From: a virus
Lineage: Duplodnaviria; Caudoviricetes
Reading direction: 5' to 3' (one strand)
Length of the DNA: 64,000 nt
Virus record (IMG/VR): IMGVR_UViG_3300046539_000030
Location: 7,070-71,069 of that record
Under the pieces are notes generated by a model that did not search any database, was not told the origin of the DNA, and saw only the letters and a program-made list of their open reading frames with translations. Every line of letters begins with the position of its first letter. Positions within the stretch are counted from its first letter, which is position 1. This document shows, piece after piece, positions 8,710 to 17,587 of the stretch. The position numbers were made by a program, and so were the translations under genes.

Positions 8710-9261
8710 ATGACATTTGGACAAGATATTGATAAGTTCAACCGGATGTATAAGTTGCCGGTAGCCACACATCCAACCTTGCTGCAATTGGGGGTCCCTG
8801 CTTGGAACAGAATGGTTGCCTTTAGAAACATTTTGAGCGAGGAGCTGGATGAGCTCGACCCAATTTTAGGCAAGTTGTTAAGTATCCAGACGGGTGCGCT
8901 TTTCAACCCTGCCGATTTTAAACTGGAAGGTGAACCATATGTACCAACGACCGTGGACGTGCTCACGGACTTGGCAGACTTGCTTGGTGATATCCAGGTC
9001 TATTGCGCGAGTGAAATGGCGAAGTTCGGTCTGCCATTGGACGCGGTACTGACAATCATTATGCAGTCTAACTTGTCGAAAATGGGTGCAGATGGTAAGC
9101 CTATTTATGACGAGCGCGGCAAGTTGCAAAAGGGGCCGAATTACTGGAAGCCTGAGCCAAAGATTCGCGCAATGCTCACTGCCTTGCGTAGCGGTGAAGA
9201 AGCACCTGTACCAACCGGCCTGACGGGCATTTTCGACCCGCTGCCGTTTGTAGAAGAATGA
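8710..9261 (+). CDS. MazG-like/PRA-PH nucleotide pyrophosphohydrolase
   Basis: EELDEL, DLADLLGDI, SNLSKMGADGKPIYDERGKLQKGPNY. Confidence 0.8.
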   Translation: MTFGQDIDKFNRMYKLPVATHPTLLQLGVPAWNRMVAFRNILSEELDELDPILGKLLSIQTGALFNPADFKLEGEPYVPTTVDVLTDLADLLGDIQVYCASEMAKFGLPLDAVLTIIMQSNLSKMGADGKPIYDERGKLQKGPNYWKPEPKIRAMLTALRSGEEAPVPTGLTGIFDPLPFVEE

Positions 9262-9600
9262 CCCACGGCGTACCCCTTTCCGCCAACGGGTTGTAACTGA
9301 GTTTCTGGCATTGGTCTCAGTCTAAATAAAACCAGTGCCAACATTGGAGCGCCTGGATAACGCAGGTGTCGGCCTTAACCTTGCCCCCGACAGGGCATCC
9401 CTCGCCGTAGAGGGCCGGGTGTTCCAATGTTGGTAAGTAGGAGCAGAGTCTCGCGCTACAAGGACTGAGAAGGACGCTTAAGAGGAACTGAGTTAATCGC
9501 CATATGCTTTTGCTATGTCTCAAACGGAGTAACGAGAGGCGTTGATTACGCCAGAGGGTTACACCGGCTTGCCAACAATTTCTATTAACCAAGTCTGAAA
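9261..9600 (+). ncRNA. candidate large structured non-coding RNA
   Basis: ORF-free on +; nested helices with G-U pairs (9306-9315/9331-9340; 9339-9357/9415-9433; 9430-9438/9567-9575) and two pseudoknot complementarities. Confidence 0.55.
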
Positions 9601-9609
9601 GGGGTTTTC

Positions 9610-10023
9610 ATGACTGCTATCATTAAACCTGCGGTGACGCAGGAAGAACTGAACCGATGGTATATCGTTTCAGAACAGCTCACCAAGTTGAAAGACGAGG
9701 AACTCGAGTTGCGCAAGAAAATTTTCGGTGCCACTTTCACAGCACCGAAAGAAGGTGTCAATAAGAAAGACCTGACCGACGGCTGGATTATCAAGGGTGA
9801 CTACAAAATCAGTCGCACGATTGATGTTGCAACCCTGACCAACATGGCCAAAACCCTGGCGGAGCACAAACTCCCAATGGAAGATCTGATCCGCTACAAG
9901 CCTGAGCTCGTTCTTAGTGCATACCGCACCCTGAACGAAGAACAGCGCAAGGAATTTGACCAGATCTTGGTTATCAAGGAGGGTACACCGGGCCTGGAAA
10001 TCGTCAAACCAAAACGCAGTTGA
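9610..10023 (+). CDS. conserved phage hypothetical protein
   Basis: 137 aa ORF; N-terminal coiled coil; in the replication block. Confidence 0.75.
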   Translation: MTAIIKPAVTQEELNRWYIVSEQLTKLKDEELELRKKIFGATFTAPKEGVNKKDLTDGWIIKGDYKISRTIDVATLTNMAKTLAEHKLPMEDLIRYKPELVLSAYRTLNEEQRKEFDQILVIKEGTPGLEIVKPKRS

Positions 10024-10028
10024 ACAAT

Positions 10029-10042
10029 GGGGCTTCGGCCCC
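10029..10042 (+). terminator. UUCG-capped hairpin (terminator/stabiliser)
   Basis: GGGGC-TTCG-GCCCC just after a stop codon; no clear U-tract. Confidence 0.4.
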
Positions 10043-10069
10043 TGAACCTAGTTAATAAGAGACACACAA

Positions 10070-10393
10070 ATGAGCCTTGTAGATACAACCCTTCTAAACG
10101 ACCCTGACTATAACCCTGTCCCGCTGCTGGATGCTGCTTCTCGAGTTCTCGGTGTCCGCAACGACCGCCAGCTGGCCTTTGCAATCGGCGAAGCTCCCTC
10201 CCGCATTTCCCGCATCCGTCACAAACGCGCTCCAGTGACAGCGGAAATACTACTTCGTTTTCATGCCGCCACCGACTTGCCCATTCGCACGTTGCGTAAC
10301 CTGATGGGCGACACTAAAGCAAAATACTTCGGCGCAACATACTGGAATCCGACAAATGACCACACACCAAGCGCCACCTCCGCAGAAGCCTGA
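10070..10393 (+). CDS. XRE/Cro-like HTH protein
   Basis: LLDAASRVLGVRNDRQLAFAIGEAPSRISRIRHKRAPVTAEILLR. Confidence 0.7.
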   Translation: MSLVDTTLLNDPDYNPVPLLDAASRVLGVRNDRQLAFAIGEAPSRISRIRHKRAPVTAEILLRFHAATDLPIRTLRNLMGDTKAKYFGATYWNPTNDHTPSATSAEA

Positions 10394-10667
10394 AAACTCC
10401 GGCGGTGACGTCAACTACTATCTGGTTGAAGTACCGCACCCGAAGCGCCTTGAACCTTACACCGCTGAATGCGAGGACATTATTGAAGCACTCGGCATGA
10501 CGTTTGCGGAGGGCTGCGAGTTCAAAGCCCTTTGGCGTAGCTGCGCCGCTCGCACGCTGGGTCTGCTCAAAGCGGGTAACGACGCTGAGGGTATCCGTGA
10601 CGCTGAGAAGCAACAGTATTACGCCACCCGCACTCTTGTTCAACGCAGAAGAAAGGCTAGCAAATGA
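10356..10667 (+). CDS. DUF3310-like protein
   Basis: GGDVNYY...ECEDIIEALGMTFAEGCEFKALWR. Confidence 0.6.
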   Translation: MTTHQAPPPQKPENSGGDVNYYLVEVPHPKRLEPYTAECEDIIEALGMTFAEGCEFKALWRSCAARTLGLLKAGNDAEGIRDAEKQQYYATRTLVQRRRKASK

Positions 10668-10927
10668 AAACTGAAGCTTATGAAGTAGTATCAAAAGAAG
10701 GCTACCGCAATCTGTACTTCAACGTTGACCGTGCCAAAGCTACTGCGGACGGTGATCAGGTTATTGCGCTGGTCAAGCGTGATGAGGTGCGCGGGGAGGC
10801 CGAGTATGCAGATCTGGTTCGTAAGCTTCAAAAACTTGTGTTTGATTGGGAGCAAGGTATAACTAGCCCGACCAATGTTGGATTCAAACTGCGCGAGGCG
10901 ATTCAAGGTGCGGAGGTACGGTCATGA
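10664..10927 (+). CDS. hypothetical protein
   Basis: 87 aa coupled ORF. Confidence 0.6.
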   Translation: MKTEAYEVVSKEGYRNLYFNVDRAKATADGDQVIALVKRDEVRGEAEYADLVRKLQKLVFDWEQGITSPTNVGFKLREAIQGAEVRS

Positions 10928-11298
10928 AAAAGACATTCTGCGATTGCTGCGGTGATGAAATGACAGGATGCGAGAGTGTTTTCAGAACAAATGACAAGCG
11001 TCCGGAAAACACGATCCCCGATCTAGGCAGCAACATCCCCGTCAAGGTTGAATTGCGGGTTTTTACTACCGTCTCCGGTGAGTTCGACATCTGTGAGCGG
11101 TGCAAGTGGCGAGCTGTTGATCGCATTGACCCGCGCCCTACTGTTCAAACTCCTCCGCGAAAGCTGAGGCTTATTCCGCCAACGCGGTCTGAAGTGACCG
11201 AGGCAGCAGACGGAGCGGGTTTCAATAGCCCCGTCTTAGTTTCAAACCTTTGCAACTTTGTCACCCTTCTTCTCAAGAACGCGAGGTACGAAGAATGA
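10924..11298 (+). CDS. hypothetical zinc-ribbon protein
   Basis: CDCC and CERC pairs; coupled ORF. Confidence 0.6.
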   Translation: MKKTFCDCCGDEMTGCESVFRTNDKRPENTIPDLGSNIPVKVELRVFTTVSGEFDICERCKWRAVDRIDPRPTVQTPPRKLRLIPPTRSEVTEAADGAGFNSPVLVSNLCNFVTLLLKNARYEE

Positions 11299-12242
11299 TT
11301 ATCAAGCCTATGCGAGCGGCGAATTATATTCCCGCTAAGATCAAGTTCCCGGTCTGGGCAGAGCCGAAGGTCGATGGTGTGCGCGGTCACAACCCTGAAG
11401 GCACACTACTGTCTCGCACCCTAAAGCAGTTCAAGAACAGGTACACAACTGACTTCTATAGTGCGCCAGAATACATCGGCTTTGATGGTGAGTTTGCGGC
11501 TGAAGCTGAAACGCACCCCGACCTGTGCCGCCTCACGTCGCAGGCACTTCGCACAGTTGAAGGCAAACCTTTCACCCTGTGGCATATCTTTGATCATGTA
11601 ACCGAAAAGACACGCAAGTGGCCTTACCGCGACCGTTATTTCTTTGCAGATGACAGACTGCGCACCTTGCAGTCGGAAGGGTTGTGTGGTCATCTGCGCT
11701 TAATATCTTACACGGTCTGCGAAAATCTGGAAGAGCTTATGGCCGCTCATCACAGGCACATGCTACTTGGATATGAAGGGACTTGTTTCTATGGGCCGCA
11801 CGTCGCGCACAAGGAAGGTAAGAGCTCGCCGACGCACAATGGTGTTCTACGCATTAAGGACTTCGTTGATACTGAAGCGGAAGTCCTTGAACTGGAGGAA
11901 GGGGAAGAAAATCTTAATGAAGCGCAGACCAACGAGCTCGGGCGTTCGTATCGCACTTCTCACAAGGAAAACAAAATTCCTAATGGAATGGTTGGTACGC
12001 TTATCTGCCGGCAGTTGACCGATGTTTTCGACCCAATGGATGAAACGAAGCTACTCATCCCGAAGGGGCAGATTATCCGTGTATCGCCCGGCAAGATGAC
12101 GCATGAAGAACGGGCGTTCTACATGAAGCACCCAGAGAAGATTATTAAGCAAATCATCAAGCACAAGTTCTTCCCGCACGGTATCAAAGACAAACCGCGC
12201 TTCTCGAATTACCAGTGCATTCGCATGAAGGAGGATCTATGA
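11295..12242 (+). CDS. ATP-dependent DNA ligase
   Basis: EPKVDGVR motif I, FDGE, FD, EG and RIK motifs; ATG at 11295. Confidence 0.9.
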   Translation: MIIKPMRAANYIPAKIKFPVWAEPKVDGVRGHNPEGTLLSRTLKQFKNRYTTDFYSAPEYIGFDGEFAAEAETHPDLCRLTSQALRTVEGKPFTLWHIFDHVTEKTRKWPYRDRYFFADDRLRTLQSEGLCGHLRLISYTVCENLEELMAAHHRHMLLGYEGTCFYGPHVAHKEGKSSPTHNGVLRIKDFVDTEAEVLELEEGEENLNEAQTNELGRSYRTSHKENKIPNGMVGTLICRQLTDVFDPMDETKLLIPKGQIIRVSPGKMTHEERAFYMKHPEKIIKQIIKHKFFPHGIKDKPRFSNYQCIRMKEDL

Positions 12243-12406
12243 AATGGTGGGCTCTCTTATGCGTGATGTTTGCAGTGCTGGTGTTCTGTGGCATGGTTGG
12301 CCCGGATGAATGGGACGAATGCGCAGAAAAACATAGCTGGATATACTGTTACAGAACACTGACAAAAACAACTATCCATCCAGAAAATTCGCTTGCGGCA
12401 AAGTAG
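12239..12406 (+). CDS. small membrane protein
   Basis: MKWWALLCVMFAVLVFCGMVG hydrophobic N-terminus; GGAGG RBS. Confidence 0.5.
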   Translation: MKWWALLCVMFAVLVFCGMVGPDEWDECAEKHSWIYCYRTLTKTTIHPENSLAAK

Positions 12407-12503
12407 TTTCCCACGCAAAATATATACACCTGCCGCCCATGCGGTAGAGACCATAACCACACTCTCTCTCTCGGGAGCGTGTGCCTTTACTTATCGGAGC
12501 AAT

Positions 12504-13334
12504 ATGCCTATTCTTGACACGGTCACCCATACTAACGCTAAGACAGGCATTCGTGCTGTTATTGCTGGCGTCGAAAAGATGGGTAAAACCACTCTTGCAG
12601 CCAGCGCCCCGCGCCCTCTGCTCGTCCCCCTGGAAGCCGGCTTTGCCGGTGTCCAAGTCAGCAAAGTTCCAATGCTGGAACACTTTGACCACGTCGACAT
12701 GCTCATGGACGAAATCATTGCCGCTGCACAGCAAGGTCAGTTCCCCTACCAATCTATTATCTTCGACAGTGCAACTGCACTGGAACGCCTGATCCACCAA
12801 AAGATCATCGAAAAGGATCCTTCCTACGCTAAAGGGAATGGCAAAGCTGTAACAATGGAAAGCGCACTCGGCGGCTATGGAAAGGCGTACCAATACGCCA
12901 ACGAGGTCTTCGGTACGTTCCTCACCAAGTGCGATCAATTGGCCGTGTATGCGGGCATCAACATTATTTTAACCTGTCACGTATTCGCGGCTAAAATAGT
13001 CGACCCTACACACGGCGAATATGATTCGTGGGACATCCTGCTGCATTCCCCCAAGAACCAGAAGACTTATGGCAAGCGTGAAATGCTCACCCAATGGGCT
13101 GACGTTATCGGGTTCCTGTATGAGCCCATGTACGTTACCGAGGGTAAGAACATGAACAAAGGCATCAGCGCAAATCAAGGTCGCGTGCTTGCTGTGACCC
13201 GTACTCCCGGATATGTTGCGGGGAACCGCTTCGGTGTAGTCAACACCATCTCCCTCCCGAAGGACAAGGGCTGGAACTACCTCGCACACGAAATTTATCA
13301 AGCTAGCGGTTTCGATTGTTACAACCGGGATTGA
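12504..13334 (+). CDS. AAA_24/Sak4-like ATPase (recombination)
   Basis: GVEKMGKTT Walker A, IIFDSAT Walker B, GGYGKAY, WADVIGF, AGNRFG. Confidence 0.85.
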   Translation: MPILDTVTHTNAKTGIRAVIAGVEKMGKTTLAASAPRPLLVPLEAGFAGVQVSKVPMLEHFDHVDMLMDEIIAAAQQGQFPYQSIIFDSATALERLIHQKIIEKDPSYAKGNGKAVTMESALGGYGKAYQYANEVFGTFLTKCDQLAVYAGINIILTCHVFAAKIVDPTHGEYDSWDILLHSPKNQKTYGKREMLTQWADVIGFLYEPMYVTEGKNMNKGISANQGRVLAVTRTPGYVAGNRFGVVNTISLPKDKGWNYLAHEIYQASGFDCYNRD

Positions 13335-13336
13335 TC

Positions 13337-13471
13337 ATGGAACCAGTAGAACTGACACCGCAACAAATCATGCGACAAGTTACCCCGGCGATCCAACCTG
13401 TCCCGTTGTATCTTTCGTTTATAATTCACACCCTGTTTCGTGACGGCTTGCCGCACGGATGGGGTAAATAA
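13337..13471 (+). CDS. small hypothetical protein (44 aa, not in ORF track)
   Basis: Manual translation MEPVELTPQQIMRQVTPAIQPVPLYLSFIIHTLFRDGLPHGWGK*; fills the gap before the tRNA-like gene. Confidence 0.4.
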   Translation: MEPVELTPQQIMRQVTPAIQPVPLYLSFIIHTLFRDGLPHGWGK

Positions 13472-13477
13472 AGAATT

Positions 13478-13611
13478 GGACAGGTAGCTCAGTCGGTAGA
13501 GCGCCAGAGGTCTTGCAATAGCCTGAAGCCCGTTCTGACGGAGAGAAGCATTGCAAAAGATCACGCTGTATATGAAGAGGTCGCGGGTTCAAATCCCGCC
13601 CTGTCCACCCA
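13478..13611 (+). ncRNA. tRNA-like RNA 1 (anticodon arm replaced by a ~75 nt domain)
   Basis: Acceptor GGACAGG/CCTGTCC, D arm GCTC-AGTCGGTA-GAGC, AGGTC, T arm GCGGG-TTCAAAT-CCCGC, 3' ACCCA; no canonical anticodon arm. Confidence 0.75.
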
Positions 13612-13671
13612 ATTTTAAACCGCTTTGCTGACTGGCGGCTAACAGTCAGCAACTCCAATATTGGAACTAAA

Positions 13672-14484
13672 ATGGCAATTATTAATTTTGACGCACGTCA
13701 AGTCGCACCTGATGAAGGCCGCATGGGGCCTGTGCCAGCGGGCTGGTATCTGTTGGCAGCGAAAGAAACAAAGGTTGAGCCGACCTCGGATACTCTGGGC
13801 ACCAAGCTGACCGCTCAATTCACCATCCTGGAAGGCATGTACAAAGGCCGCACCGTGTACCATAACTTCAATATCAAGAACAACAGTGAAAAAGCGCAAG
13901 AAATCGGCCTGAAGCAACTGAGCGCCCTGTGCCACGCAACCCGCCTCTTGGTCGTGCAAGATACTTCCCAACTGCACAACGTCCCATTCAAAGCGAAGCT
14001 GAAGATTGTTGCAGCCGTGATGGATCCGCTCAACCCGCTAGTCGAGAAGTACGCAGCCAAGAACGAAATCACCGCGTTCAAAGACGCTGCTGATCCTTCG
14101 GCTGTGGATGCTGCTGGTTCTGGTATCAATCTGTCTGCACCTGCTCCAACCAGCGGCGCTGCTTTCACTCCGCCTCCTGTTGCCGCTGCTCCGGCTGCTG
14201 CCCCTGCTCAAGCTGCCGGTGGCTGGGCTCCCCCTGCTTCACAGCAACCGTGGCAGCAACCCGCCCCAAACGCTCAACCTGCCCCACAAGCTGTCCAGGT
14301 CCAGCCGACGACCATTGCTCCCTCACCGGCGCCTGCTGGTGCCCCTCCAGCCTGGGCTAATGCACCCGCTCAAATCCCGGCGCAAGCACCTGCTCAAGCT
14401 CCAGCGCAGTCTGCACCTCCCGTGACTGCTGCACCGGACGGTCAGGTTATGCCTCCTTGGATGCAAGACCAACCTGCTCAGTAA
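13672..14484 (+). CDS. DUF669 family ssDNA-binding-like protein with Pro/Ala/Gln tail
   Basis: PVPAGWY, FTILEGMYKGRTVYHNFNI, QLSALCHA; follows the AAA_24 gene. Confidence 0.75.
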   Translation: MAIINFDARQVAPDEGRMGPVPAGWYLLAAKETKVEPTSDTLGTKLTAQFTILEGMYKGRTVYHNFNIKNNSEKAQEIGLKQLSALCHATRLLVVQDTSQLHNVPFKAKLKIVAAVMDPLNPLVEKYAAKNEITAFKDAADPSAVDAAGSGINLSAPAPTSGAAFTPPPVAAAPAAAPAQAAGGWAPPASQQPWQQPAPNAQPAPQAVQVQPTTIAPSPAPAGAPPAWANAPAQIPAQAPAQAPAQSAPPVTAAPDGQVMPPWMQDQPAQ

Positions 14485-14492
14485 TCTGTGAG

Positions 14493-14550
14493 CAATACCC
14501 TCTCAGGAGGGTATTTAAGTGACTGCGCCGACAGCGTGGTCACTTAAATA
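14493..14550 (+). terminator. tandem hairpins
   Basis: AATACCCTC-TCAG-GAGGGTATT followed by TATTTAAGTGAC...GTCACTTAAATA. Confidence 0.5.
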
Positions 14551-14574
14551 GAATAACCACACAACAAGGCATCC

Positions 14575-15537
14575 ATGGCACAGTTCCACCTCGCGTTAAA
14601 GACATTGACCGCAATCGAAACTGCAATTGCTGCTGATCAAGGTGCAAAATTCCGCACGTTCTTAGGACAGGTCATCCCGCACATGAAGGATGCCTATCGC
14701 GGGGAAGACGAAGGGTTCCGCAGCCACTTGGGCGCGTCTGTAATTGGTAAGACCTGTGGACGGCATATCTGGTATGGCTGGCGCTGGGCACATAAGCCCA
14801 AGTTCTCAGGTCGCATGCTGCGTTTGTTCAACCGAGGGCATTTGGAAGAAGCACGCTTCATCGCTTGTTTGCTGACGATCGGTGTACAGGTTTATCAGCA
14901 GGATGAAAACGGCAACCAGTTCCGCATTAGCGAGCTCGGCGGACATCTTGGCGGCTCCGGTGACGGCATTGGTGTGGCCATCCCAGACCTTCCGCCCAAT
15001 ACCCCTTGCCTACTGGAATTCAAAACCCATAACGACAAGTCTTTCAAGAAGCTGCAAAAAGAAGGCGTGCGTAGTGCAAAGTTTGAGCATTATGTTCAGA
15101 TGTGTTCGTACCTGAAGAAGATGGGTTTAACTTATGCTCTTTATGGTGCAGTCAATAAGAACGATGACGAGCTGCATTTGGAAATCATTGTGCTGGATCC
15201 AAACATTGCAGACCAGTTCCTAGACCGCGGGCGCAAAATCATTATGATGAGAAAGGCACCTGAGCGTTTGCCCAATGCCTCGCCAGGTTTGTTTGATTGC
15301 CGTTATTGCGACGAGCTAGATATCTGCCACCACAACAAACCAATGGAACGCAACTGCCGCACCTGTCTGCATTCGGAACCCCGCGAAGATGGGACGTGGT
15401 GGTGTGAGAGCAAGAAGCGTCAGATGGACATGCTGTTCCCATCCTGTAAGCCTGAAAATGCAAGTGACGGGGAAACCTTTCAGCTATCTAAAGAGCGTCA
15501 GCTAATTGGTTGCCAAGACTTTTACGAACCAATCTGA
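14575..15537 (+). CDS. Cas4-like PD-(D/E)XK exonuclease
   Basis: HLGASVIGKTC, RGHLEE, GSGDG, LLEFKT, HYVQ, CRYC...C Fe-S cysteines. Confidence 0.8.
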   Translation: MAQFHLALKTLTAIETAIAADQGAKFRTFLGQVIPHMKDAYRGEDEGFRSHLGASVIGKTCGRHIWYGWRWAHKPKFSGRMLRLFNRGHLEEARFIACLLTIGVQVYQQDENGNQFRISELGGHLGGSGDGIGVAIPDLPPNTPCLLEFKTHNDKSFKKLQKEGVRSAKFEHYVQMCSYLKKMGLTYALYGAVNKNDDELHLEIIVLDPNIADQFLDRGRKIIMMRKAPERLPNASPGLFDCRYCDELDICHHNKPMERNCRTCLHSEPREDGTWWCESKKRQMDMLFPSCKPENASDGETFQLSKERQLIGCQDFYEPI

Positions 15538-15544
15538 GGCGGCT

Positions 15545-15763
15545 ATGAGAATATTCGGATGGACTCTCGACCAAGCTGCTGCGGCCAAGGCGTATCACAA
15601 AACTTGCACAGGGCTAGATCTTCAGCCGACTTGCTCAGGCATGGCGCAGGTTCAGCGTTTCTGGCGCAGCAAACGGCGTGACGATCCTTGCGAAACCAAG
15701 TTTGAGGGCATCGAACCTACAAAAGACTTTGATTGGGTAATTGAAGTCATTAAGGCTACTTAA
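15545..15763 (+). CDS. hypothetical protein
   Basis: 72 aa ORF, GAGG RBS. Confidence 0.55.
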   Translation: MRIFGWTLDQAAAAKAYHKTCTGLDLQPTCSGMAQVQRFWRSKRRDDPCETKFEGIEPTKDFDWVIEVIKAT

Positions 15764-15765
15764 CC

Positions 15766-17523
15766 ATGGCGCTCATTCCACGCGACTATCAAAACGGCGC
15801 GGTTGATAGTCTATTCCATTTTTTCAAAACGCACCCCGACCCAATCGACAATCCTGTTGTCGCTCTACCTACAGGTACGGGCAAAGCACTTGTCATTGCT
15901 GAATTCCTGCGACGTGCTTTTGCAATGTATTCAAAGCAGAAGGTTCTCGTAGCAACCCACGTTAAAGAGCTCATCGACCAGAATTATGAGGAGTTTCTGG
16001 AGCAGTGGCCGCAAGCCCCCGCCGGCGTCTATAGCGCCGGGCTTAACCGTAAAGATACCCTGAACAGGATTATCTTTTGCGGTATTGCGTCTATCGTTAA
16101 AAATCTGCAAGAGTTTGGTAAAGTCGACATATTGATGATCGACGAATGCCACTTGTTAAGCCAAGACGATGAGTCGATGTACTTGCGCGTCATCGCTTTG
16201 CTAAAAGCAATCAACCCTCGTTTGAGGGTAGTTGGTTTGACTGCAACGCCTTGGAGAGCTGGGCAAGGTAAGATCACCGACGACGGTATCTTTACACATA
16301 TCTGTTATGATGGCACAGGTATGAAAGCTTTCAACTGGTTCATCAAGCAGGGCTATCTGGTTCCAGTAGTCCCGAAGCGTACAGAAACATTCCTGGACGT
16401 TAGTGGTGTGCATCTGCGCGGCGGTGAGTTTGTCGAGAAAGAACTGCAACTCGCTGTCAATAAAGACGAGATCACTTATGCAGCTCTAAAGGAAACACTT
16501 GGACAAGCGCATGACCGCAAGCACTGGTTGATCTTTGGTGCCGGTGTTGCTCACGTTGTCAGAATTACAGAAATGTTAAACGCGATGGGTGTTTCTGCTC
16601 GTTGCGTCCATAGCAATACCAAAGATTATAAAATGACAGCCAAACAGCGCGATGAAAACATTGCAGACTGGAAGGCTGGCAAGTTCGTTGCAATGGTAAA
16701 TAACGGCATCTTGACAACAGGCGTGAACTTCAAAGCTATTGACCTGATTGTTATGTTGCGCCCAACACACTCAACCGTGCTGTGGATTCAGATGCTGGGT
16801 CGTGGGACGCGTCCGCTGTATGCACCAGGCTACGACATAACCACACTCAAGGGTCGTCTCGACGCAATCTTCAACAGCGCGAAACAGAACTGCTTAGTTT
16901 TAGACTTTGCCGGCAACTCCAAGCGGCTTGGACCTATCAACGATCCGGTTATACCTCGCAAAAAGGGTGAAAAGACTGGCGAAGTGCCGATCAAGATTTG
17001 TGAAGGTTGCGGTACATACAACCATATCAGCGCCAGGCATTGTGGCGGGGAACCTTTCCGCACGAATGAGGGCTGCGGCATGGAATTCCAGTTTAAAGTC
17101 TTGCTGAAGCAGTTCGCAGCTACGGATGAGCTTATCAAGACCGACGAACCCATTATCGAAACATTCACGGTAAAGCAAATCACCTTCCAGCAACATCAAA
17201 AAGTGGGCAAGCCTCCGAGCGTTCTTGTCACGTATTGGTGCGGCTTGCATCGGTATAGGGAGTTTATCTGTTTCGAACATGGCGGTCAACCAGAGCGTAA
17301 AGCTCGGTCGTGGTGGAAAGATCGCACAGACCTACCTTTCCCACCATCTACAGCCGTAGCATTGGAGCTCGCTGACAAACTGAGAGTCCCTAACACGATT
17401 CGCGTTTGGTTGAACAAACCCTACCCCGAAGTCTTGCTGCATGATTTCAGTGAGCCCTCCACTGCAACAGTGAACGTAAAGAAGCCCGAAATGCTATCGA
17501 TGGATTCTGACATTCCTTTTTAA
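15766..17523 (+). CDS. SF2 (DEAD/ResIII-like) DNA helicase with Zn finger
   Basis: PTGTGKA, IDECH, GLTATP, QMLGRGTR, CEGC; acidic tail SDIPF. Confidence 0.9.
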   Translation: MALIPRDYQNGAVDSLFHFFKTHPDPIDNPVVALPTGTGKALVIAEFLRRAFAMYSKQKVLVATHVKELIDQNYEEFLEQWPQAPAGVYSAGLNRKDTLNRIIFCGIASIVKNLQEFGKVDILMIDECHLLSQDDESMYLRVIALLKAINPRLRVVGLTATPWRAGQGKITDDGIFTHICYDGTGMKAFNWFIKQGYLVPVVPKRTETFLDVSGVHLRGGEFVEKELQLAVNKDEITYAALKETLGQAHDRKHWLIFGAGVAHVVRITEMLNAMGVSARCVHSNTKDYKMTAKQRDENIADWKAGKFVAMVNNGILTTGVNFKAIDLIVMLRPTHSTVLWIQMLGRGTRPLYAPGYDITTLKGRLDAIFNSAKQNCLVLDFAGNSKRLGPINDPVIPRKKGEKTGEVPIKICEGCGTYNHISARHCGGEPFRTNEGCGMEFQFKVLLKQFAATDELIKTDEPIIETFTVKQITFQQHQKVGKPPSVLVTYWCGLHRYREFICFEHGGQPERKARSWWKDRTDLPFPPSTAVALELADKLRVPNTIRVWLNKPYPEVLLHDFSEPSTATVNVKKPEMLSMDSDIPF

Positions 17524-17587
17524 ATGCTGGTGATTAATTTTGTACCGTGCAATAATGTTTTAACGTAATAAAACTAGGGAGACAGAA

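Noticed and set aside
9345-9425. Twister ribozyme (TAAC after a helix, TCCCTCGC, GAGGG before the closing helix)
   Set aside because: The P2 and P4 pairings required by the twister consensus cannot be formed and the conserved loop A is missing; retained only as part of the larger ncRNA candidate.
13478-13611. Intron-containing tRNA, tmRNA or Y RNA
   Set aside because: No excision restores a canonical anticodon arm; no G3-U70 or tag ORF; arm order is not permuted as in YrlA.
14100-14480. Pro/Ala-rich tail of the DUF669 gene as another GA-free island
   Set aside because: It contains many TC dinucleotides, which shows that Ala/Pro low complexity alone does not produce the islands.
14575-15537. 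CRISPR-Cas association of the Cas4-like gene
   Set aside because: No repeat-spacer array or other cas genes; the context is a standard phage recombination block.
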